A DNA stretch of 64,000 bases, from the NCBI GenBank assembly GCA_964016885.1, contig OZ024741.1, positions 282,162,001 through 282,226,000 of the forward strand, written 5' to 3'. Within the stretch, counting starts at the first letter, position 1. Each line of letters begins with the position of its first letter. This document shows, piece after piece, positions 61,734 through 64,000 of the stretch. The position numbers were made by a program, and so were the translations under genes. Origin of the DNA: Eledone cirrhosa (Eukaryota). Below the pieces are notes generated by a model. The model worked only from the letters and a program-made list of their open reading frames with translations, did no database searches and was not told where the DNA came from.

Positions 61734-62909
61734 CTAATGGGTACGATTTGTACTACTAGAACATTTGGGTTTATAATAAAAGTAAGAATTAGAAATGGCA
61801 TGGGGGCAAGAAGAGAATATCTCAGACTTTCTATTCAGTAAGGGTACGCTAGAGAAAATAATAGAGTGTGTCTCAAGTATACAGAGATTACAAAACTTAC
61901 TATGTGCAGAAAGGTGGTTAGATCGTGCTACTAAACTCCAGTTAAGGCTATATGGTATATAAGCTCCCTTAAGATCCCAGATATAATGCGCTAGAGAGGT
62001 AGAATTCTTAAACCTAACATGTTTGAAGTTAGAGATATGAGAGTTAAACCTAGTCTTAAAAGTGTTTGAAGTAGATCCTATATACGTTCTTTTAGAGGAA
62101 TTAGTTATAACCTCGCAAGCATAGACAATGTTCTTAGAAAGGCAGTTACCGTTTAGAGGGCAGTTAGCACTCACTCTACAATTGCACTTCCGGGTGTTAT
62201 TGGTTGGCTCGAGTGGTGATGTATTGCACGTAGGACCTCTATTAGATAAGGACTGTTCTGGTGGTAAAGCATTGTCCGATGCATTCAGACTAGTAGTATG
62301 TAGAGAGGAGAATCCATCCCTAATTTTCCTATTATTAGTGCTAGCTAAATGAGAACTAATATTAGGGGTGGTAGAGAATGAGAGTTTAATAACATTTTTA
62401 TTAAAAATACCATGGTATTTGTGAGAAGTGGGGAAATTTTTCTCCAGGATAGTGAAGAAAGACCTAGGGATATTAGTTGATACATCCTGATTATATGGCG
62501 GGTTGAAATAAGTATTCAATCGCCTTCTATTTTTATTTTTATTCTTATCGACCCTACCTCTATCAAATGTCCCACTGTCGAGACTAGGGTTACTATCGGG
62601 AATAGTTGAAGCCACATTCATAGAATCAGCCATAATTTCGTTATGCCTATTATAGTTTCTACCTCCAGTAGATCCGCTGTTGTCCAGAATCCCTACAAGA
62701 GGATTAAGGCCAATGATAGGATCAGTAGGAGCAACATTACTAGAATAAGATCCAGCCAAACCAACACCAATGCGTGAGCGCACAGGGGGCTCGACTTGTC
62801 TCCTAGAGGTATTATATTTGTTATTACGAGTCCGGTGGGATAACTTATGGGTGGGTTCAGATACTCCTATATAAGTTCTACGGTTACTATGTTTGCTACT
62901 CCCATTCAT
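61734..62909 (-). CDS. PLE ORF remnant: linker plus GIY-YIG endonuclease (391 aa, no RT)
   Basis: YFNPPY..TNI..F..HKY..IFN.N..K.SFS, CNCRxxxxCPLxGxCL, IVY..YIG..FK.R..H, CNLC..E, LN..SE. Confidence 0.85.
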   Translation of the reverse strand: MNGSSKHSNRRTYIGVSEPTHKLSHRTRNNKYNTSRRQVEPPVRSRIGVGLAGSYSSNVAPTDPIIGLNPLVGILDNSGSTGGRNYNRHNEIMADSMNVASTIPDSNPSLDSGTFDRGRVDKNKNKNRRRLNTYFNPPYNQDVSTNIPRSFFTILEKNFPTSHKYHGIFNKNVIKLSFSTTPNISSHLASTNNRKIRDGFSSLHTTSLNASDNALPPEQSLSNRGPTCNTSPLEPTNNTRKCNCRVSANCPLNGNCLSKNIVYACEVITNSSKRTYIGSTSNTFKTRFNSHISNFKHVRFKNSTSLAHYIWDLKGAYIPYSLNWSLVARSNHLSAHSKFCNLCILETHSIIFSSVPLLNRKSEIFSSCPHAISNSYFYYKPKCSSSTNRTH

Positions 62910-63032
62910 GGCCTTGTTATGTGATATAATGTTATTATTATTAAGAGTTTCTTAATATTATTATTCTTAATGTTATTATTCTTCAGAGTTTCTGGCTTGT
63001 ATCTGCCGATATTACCTCTTGTTGTTTTGATT

Positions 63033-63070
63033 GCCCTGATGAGTCCTTAATAGGACGAAACATTGTCGGC
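63033..63070 (+). ncRNA. Minimal type I hammerhead ribozyme
   Basis: GCC-CUGAUGA-GUCC uuaaua GGAC-GAA-ACA u UGU-C-GGC. Confidence 0.88.
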
Positions 63071-63220
63071 TAATAAAAACTTTTGATGTATTAAAGGATT
63101 CTTTGTTTTACTCTCTTAATTTTTTGGCTCTGTTTAACTGCATTGAGCTATACCTTTTACTGTCATTTCTATAATACGAAGAGGGTGTTTGACTCAAACA
63201 CGCTCCAGTATTCTAATCCT

Positions 63221-63843
63221 TATATATACATATATACATATATATATACATATTTATATTCATATATATATATATATATACATATTTATATTTATATATA
63301 CATATTTATATATACATATATACATATTTATATTTATATATACATATATACATATATATATACATATATACATATTTATATTTATATATACATATATATA
63401 TATATATATATACATATATACATATTTATATATATATATATACATATTTATATATATACATATATACATATTTATATATATATATATATATATATACATA
63501 TATACATATTTATATATATATATATATACATATTTATATATATATATATATATACATATTTATATATATATATACATATATACATATTTATATATATATA
63601 TATACATATTTATATATATACATATATACATATTTATATATATATTTATATATATACATATATACATATTTATATATATATATATAGATATTTATATATA
63701 TACATATATACATATATACATATTTATATATATATATATAAAAACATATTTATATATATATATATATATATATACATATATACATATTTATATATATATA
63801 TATATATATACATATATACATATTTATATATATATATATATAT
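63221..63843. repeat. (TA)n-derived microsatellite
   Basis: Direct reading. Confidence 0.97.
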
Positions 63844-64000
63844 TTCATTTTCATAACTAACATACAAAATATTTCATCAGAAATTGCTTTCAATCAAATG
63901 TTCAAAAGAGATTAATGAAGAGGGAAAGCATCGTTAATAGACAATAATGATATACTTTGGAAAAATCTAAATAAAATCTAACCAACTAAGCCAACTGGCT

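Larger units (their letters stand above)
60050..63220 (-). mobile_element. 5'-truncated Penelope-like element with inverted pLTR
   Basis: GIY-YIG ORF on minus, long AT-rich downstream region, hammerhead segment on plus ending in (TA)n; left boundary uncertain. Confidence 0.75.

Overview
Eukaryotic, AT-rich, microsatellite-dense DNA. The repeat content ((TA)n/(CA)n tracts, RTE LINEs with (GAT)n tails, tRNA-derived SINEs) suggests an octopod cephalopod, but that is inference. One host gene spans most of the window on the minus strand: a catalytically intact ADAM metalloprotease of the meltrin (ADAM12/19/33-like) group. I traced 18 GT-AG exons from 54589 to 7334 with consistent phases, about 1038 aa covering part of the prodomain through a ~395-aa cytoplasmic tail. 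Its 5' exons were not found and probably lie beyond the window. Introns and flanks hold RTE LINEs (with a PHD finger inside the RT), R4/Dong-like LINE fragments, SINEs, two nested MITEs, minisatellites and a 5S rRNA-derived insertion. The most striking unannotated layer is at least 10 type I hammerhead ribozyme motifs in 7 sequence families, most with a self-complementary stem III. They sit in Penelope-like-element (PLE) pseudo-LTR remnants inserted at (TA)n, often as long inverted repeats. One has a compensatory U3-A8 core, and three lie sense to the ADAM pre-mRNA in a single intron. Most ORFs in the supplied track are microsatellite or antisense-LINE artefacts.
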